The translations under genes and the position numbers were made by a program. Under the pieces are notes generated by a model. It was not told where the DNA came from. It worked only from the letters and a program-made list of their open reading frames with translations, and made no database searches. From an uncultured Chthonomonadaceae bacterium (GTDB taxonomy: Bacteria > Armatimonadota > Chthonomonadetes > Chthonomonadales > Chthonomonadaceae): 64,000 nucleotides of DNA. The DNA lies in contig CAWIEK010000044.1 of the NCBI GenBank assembly GCA_963835065.1, positions 288,001 to 352,000 of the forward strand, read 5' to 3'. Shown piece after piece: positions 60,771 through 64,000 of the stretch; the first letter of the stretch is position 1, and each line of letters starts with the position of its first letter.

Positions 60771-61919
60771 GTGGACGAACGAGGCAATGTGCGCGTCGGG
60801 ATTATTGGGCCAAGTTGGTGGGTGAATTTCTGGCATCTGCCCGCCATTCAAAATCACCCCCATGCGGAAGTTTACGCGGTTTGCGGCGAAAAAGCGCGCG
60901 ACGAGGCGGAAGTCAAGGCAAAATATGGCTCCAATGCGCGCTTCTTTACGGATCGGGAACAGATGCTGGCGGAAGTGCCGCTTGACGGTGTGATTGTTTG
61001 TACGCCCAACGATTTGCACCATCCGGCAACCATGTCGGTTCTCAGCCACAACCTGCATGTCACCTGCGAAAAACCGCTTGCCATGAATCAGGAACAGGCG
61101 CGGGAAATGGCGGAAACCGCCCGGCAGCGCCATCTCATCGGCATGACCAATTTCCCCTACCGCGACAATCCGTGCATACAAGCCCTGCGCCGCGTGATCG
61201 CCGAAGGTTATGTCGGCACGATATTCCACGTTGCCGGCCAGTATCATGGCGGGTTTGGCCTGACGCGCTCCCCCAACTGGCGCGGCCTGCGCGAACGGAG
61301 CGGGGCGGGCATTCTGGGCGATTTAGGCTCCCACTTAATAGATTTGGTTCGCTTCACAACCGGGGATGAATTCGCGTCCGTGTGCGCCCATTCCCTGTCT
61401 GTGCTGCGAAACCACGATACGGGCGCGTTTGAAGGGCTGGCGCGTACCGAAGACCCGCGCATCCTGCCGCGTAATGACGACAGTATGGCGTTTCTGGCGG
61501 AAATGCAGTCGGGCGCGCAGGCTATTCTGCACACCAGTTGGCTGGCCTATCAGGGCGCGGAAACCCAGCATCAGGAACTCGACATTTACGGCACGGGCGG
61601 GCATCTGCATTTCATTGCCAACCATGCCGGCACGTTCCTGCGCGGCAAGCGCGCGGGTGACAAACATTGGGAAATGATTCCGGCTGAAAACGTGGTCACG
61701 CCCGCAAAACTGCAAGCCGAAGGACTGGAGGAAAACGAAGATTATTTCCGCCCCGGCCGCCTGACCTCTACCAACACCACATATCGCTGGCTCGAAGCCA
61801 TTCGCCAGGGACAAACTACCATTTCTCCCGACCTGACAGACGGCTGGCGCGCGCAGCAGGTGATTGACGCGGTAATCGCGGCGAGCAGGGAGCGGCGGTG
61901 GTTGGTGGTTGAGAGTTGA
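60771..61919 (+). CDS. Gfo/Idh/MocA oxidoreductase
   Basis: TPNDLH, CEKPLA, G.LGDLGSHLID. Confidence 0.9.
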   Translation: MDERGNVRVGIIGPSWWVNFWHLPAIQNHPHAEVYAVCGEKARDEAEVKAKYGSNARFFTDREQMLAEVPLDGVIVCTPNDLHHPATMSVLSHNLHVTCEKPLAMNQEQAREMAETARQRHLIGMTNFPYRDNPCIQALRRVIAEGYVGTIFHVAGQYHGGFGLTRSPNWRGLRERSGAGILGDLGSHLIDLVRFTTGDEFASVCAHSLSVLRNHDTGAFEGLARTEDPRILPRNDDSMAFLAEMQSGAQAILHTSWLAYQGAETQHQELDIYGTGGHLHFIANHAGTFLRGKRAGDKHWEMIPAENVVTPAKLQAEGLEENEDYFRPGRLTSTNTTYRWLEAIRQGQTTISPDLTDGWRAQQVIDAVIAASRERRWLVVES

Positions 61920-61934
61920 GGGTTGAGGGTTGAG

Positions 61935-62365
61935 GGGGCAGGCGATCCAGGGCGGCTTCCACGCTGACGGCATCGGCTTCCTGATTGTTTTTCACCGTCG
62001 CGGTCAGCAGGTCGTGAACGGCGGCCAGGATGCGAATGTGCATTCCCAATCGCTTCCATTCGGACACGGGAACATGCTCCGTATCATCCATGACAAGGCG
62101 GCACACTTCAAAGCCGCTCATATCGGGCAGTTTTACATCCAGCAAAATCAGGGCGGGGCGATTTTGCGCCATGCGCAAGGCATCCGCGCCCGTTATCGCT
62201 TCCTCCACGATGTACCCGGCTTTTTGCAGCGTTCGCGTGACGGCGTAGCGGTTGGCATCGTCATCATCCACGTTGAGAAGCGTAAGAGCGCGGTTAGGCA
62301 TGATTTGCCTTAATTCGCGCCAAATCCAGCAGGTCGCTGACCAGTTCGGCCAGTGTTGCGCCCGA
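61935..62365 (-). pseudogene. Collapsed two-component locus (HisKA fragment, half REC domain, kinase fragment)
   Basis: ELVSDLLDLARI; VDDD..NR...LLDVKLPDMSGFEVCR fused to RLG.HIR.LA..HDLL. Confidence 0.6.
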
Positions 62366-62524
62366 TGAGCGGGTGAACCTCCCCACCGACAAGCGGATGG
62401 GGTTTTCTGGCCTTGTCTCTATAAAATCGTCCGTTCGCAAGGAAAGATGCAATCGTACCACAAGCGGGCGGCAAACGCCAACGGTTTTCAGGAACGATGT
62501 CACAGGTGGGTAGGGCGTTCGCGG

Positions 62525-63145
62525 TTAGCGGTTAGCGGGCTTGATAGCCGAGGGCGAGACGGCAAAGAAAATAGCCAGAACCGCGCACAGGCCGATGCTG
62601 GCAGCCGCGCTGACAAAGGCCAGCAGGAATGCGGCAACATAGAATATCGGGCCGAACCGGTACTGTTTGGAAATGCCTTCCGCGATGCGCGGGTCGTGGT
62701 TGTGGGCGAGCAGGCGGTTATTCGTGGACGCATACTTCCATACGGCGCTGAAGCAGACCGCCATCACAATGTTCAGCCCCGTATAAAGATGCACGGCGGT
62801 TGCCGCGTCCCGATGCCGGATAAATTCGGCCATCAGTTCGGTGGGAAAGGGGACCAGCGTCATGGTCATCAGCAGCAGGCCATTGAGCAGTAAAAAGCGG
62901 TCATCGCTGCGCTTGATAACCGTGAACAGCCGATGATGATTGATCCACATAATGAGGATGGTCAGGAAACTGATGGTAAACGCCAGGTACATCGGCCACT
63001 GGTACAGCAGTTTTTGCGCCAGCGTGTCGCGGCCCAGGTCGGCGATATGCGGCACTTTGATTTCCAACACGAGCAGCGTAATGGCAATGGCAAACACGCC
63101 ATCGCTGAACGCCTCAATCCGCCCCGTTTCTTTCTCCTCATTCAT
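62525..63145 (-). CDS. TMEM175 (DUF1211) potassium channel
   Basis: RIEAFSDGVFAIAITLLVLE, W.NHH, PFPT. Confidence 0.92.
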   Translation of the reverse strand: MNEEKETGRIEAFSDGVFAIAITLLVLEIKVPHIADLGRDTLAQKLLYQWPMYLAFTISFLTILIMWINHHRLFTVIKRSDDRFLLLNGLLLMTMTLVPFPTELMAEFIRHRDAATAVHLYTGLNIVMAVCFSAVWKYASTNNRLLAHNHDPRIAEGISKQYRFGPIFYVAAFLLAFVSAAASIGLCAVLAIFFAVSPSAIKPANR

Positions 63146-63255
63146 AGCCGCTCATCTGCCTGACTTTCGTTGCCCTTGTCAGCATCCGTAAAATCGTCTT
63201 CCGCCAGTTTGCGGTTGATAATCGCCTCTTGATCGGGCGTGAGCGTGATGGTCAT
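63142..63255 (-). CDS. 37-aa ORF, possibly truncated ribbon-helix-helix antitoxin
   Basis: MTITLTPDQEAIINRKL; overlaps both neighbouring genes by 4 nt (ATGA-type coupling). Confidence 0.4.
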   Translation of the reverse strand: MTITLTPDQEAIINRKLAEDDFTDADKGNESQADERL

Positions 63256-63866
63256 GTCGTTCCGCTTTCTTCCCGTTCTGTTGTCTGTACGGCAAACGGA
63301 ACGCGGGCATATACGTCGGCAAGGCGCAGCCGACAGCCGATGGAAGGCAATTCCACCGTCGCCTCCAGGCTGTTCGCGACGTCTAAACGCCAGGAACCGT
63401 CTTTCTGCGGCGTCCATAGATCAATATGTGGCATATCCTGCGAAATAAGAACATAGGATTGCAGGGATGGCAGGGTACGGTAACAGTCTCGCTTTTCGCG
63501 CCGGTCACTGCGCTCTGTGGAGTCGGAGAGGATTTCTACAACCAGCGTGGGATTGAGCAGCGCGCGCAGGCCGGCGATTTCTTCATATTGCGGTTCGCCA
63601 CACACTACGGATTTATCGGGGTAGTAGTATTTGTTACAGGCCGGGACGTAAACGCGCAGATCATTATCAAATCCCTGACAACGTGACCCTTTTACCTGTA
63701 TGCCGATTTCCAGGCCGACATTGAAACCAATGCTGCTATGCGCCGGGGTCGCGCCCGACATGGCGACAATCACGCCATCGTGGTACTCGTGCCGCATTTC
63801 CTGCGTGTGTTCCCACTCCAGATATTCCTGTCGCGCCATGTACGGCGTCTGTCTTGCAGCAACCAT
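63252..63866 (-). CDS. Uma2-family (DUF820) endonuclease-like protein
   Basis: RHEYHDG..VAMSG, YYPD, NPTLVVEILSDST. Confidence 0.9.
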   Translation of the reverse strand: MVAARQTPYMARQEYLEWEHTQEMRHEYHDGVIVAMSGATPAHSSIGFNVGLEIGIQVKGSRCQGFDNDLRVYVPACNKYYYPDKSVVCGEPQYEEIAGLRALLNPTLVVEILSDSTERSDRREKRDCYRTLPSLQSYVLISQDMPHIDLWTPQKDGSWRLDVANSLEATVELPSIGCRLRLADVYARVPFAVQTTEREESGTT

Positions 63867-63912
63867 GTTAGCTTTCCTCCCCGTGTGCTTTCCTCAGAAT
63901 TCAAATTGCGAA

Positions 63913-63993
63913 TACCCCACGCTGAAGCAGGGGATATTCGCGCCCTTGCAGCCTTGAAAACAGGAAGCCGCTTTCAGGGCCGGGGAGCCGCCA
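63913..63993. mobile_element. Possible IS200/IS605-derived miniature element (left and right end hairpins only)
   Basis: accccacgctgaagcagggg and ggaagccgctttcagggccggggag. Confidence 0.35.
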
Positions 63994-64000
63994 TATCCTT

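Overview
GC-rich bacterial chromosomal window. Gene content and the abundance of short tandem-repeat palindromes suggest Armatimonadota or similar (inference). It mixes housekeeping genes (prfB with a canonical programmed +1 frameshift, der, radA, sdhAB, rhlE-like helicase, aat, msrB), stress and envelope genes (ECF sigma/anti-sigma, GH1-GT4-eukaryote-type UGM cluster, KGG stress protein, TMEM175), and defence or mobile debris (orphan AvaI/BsoBI-like methyltransferase, fused type IIG R-M, AAA_21 ATPase with a truncated partner, an IS3 remnant containing a nested 70-bp TA-flanked MITE, orphan immunity genes). At least seven otherwise intact genes carry single-base frameshifts, most likely read or assembly errors. 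The most novel-looking signal is a twin intergenic unit at about 46.4 kb and 54.4 kb. Each copy has an ECF-type promoter, a strong SD, an 8-codon mini-ORF ending CCC-TGA-C, and a 108-nt core that is about 95% identical between copies and open in the +1 frame. It is a candidate frameshift-controlled small protein or leader-peptide sRNA family. No rRNA, tRNA or CRISPR array was seen. All family assignments are from motif recognition by eye, not database searches.
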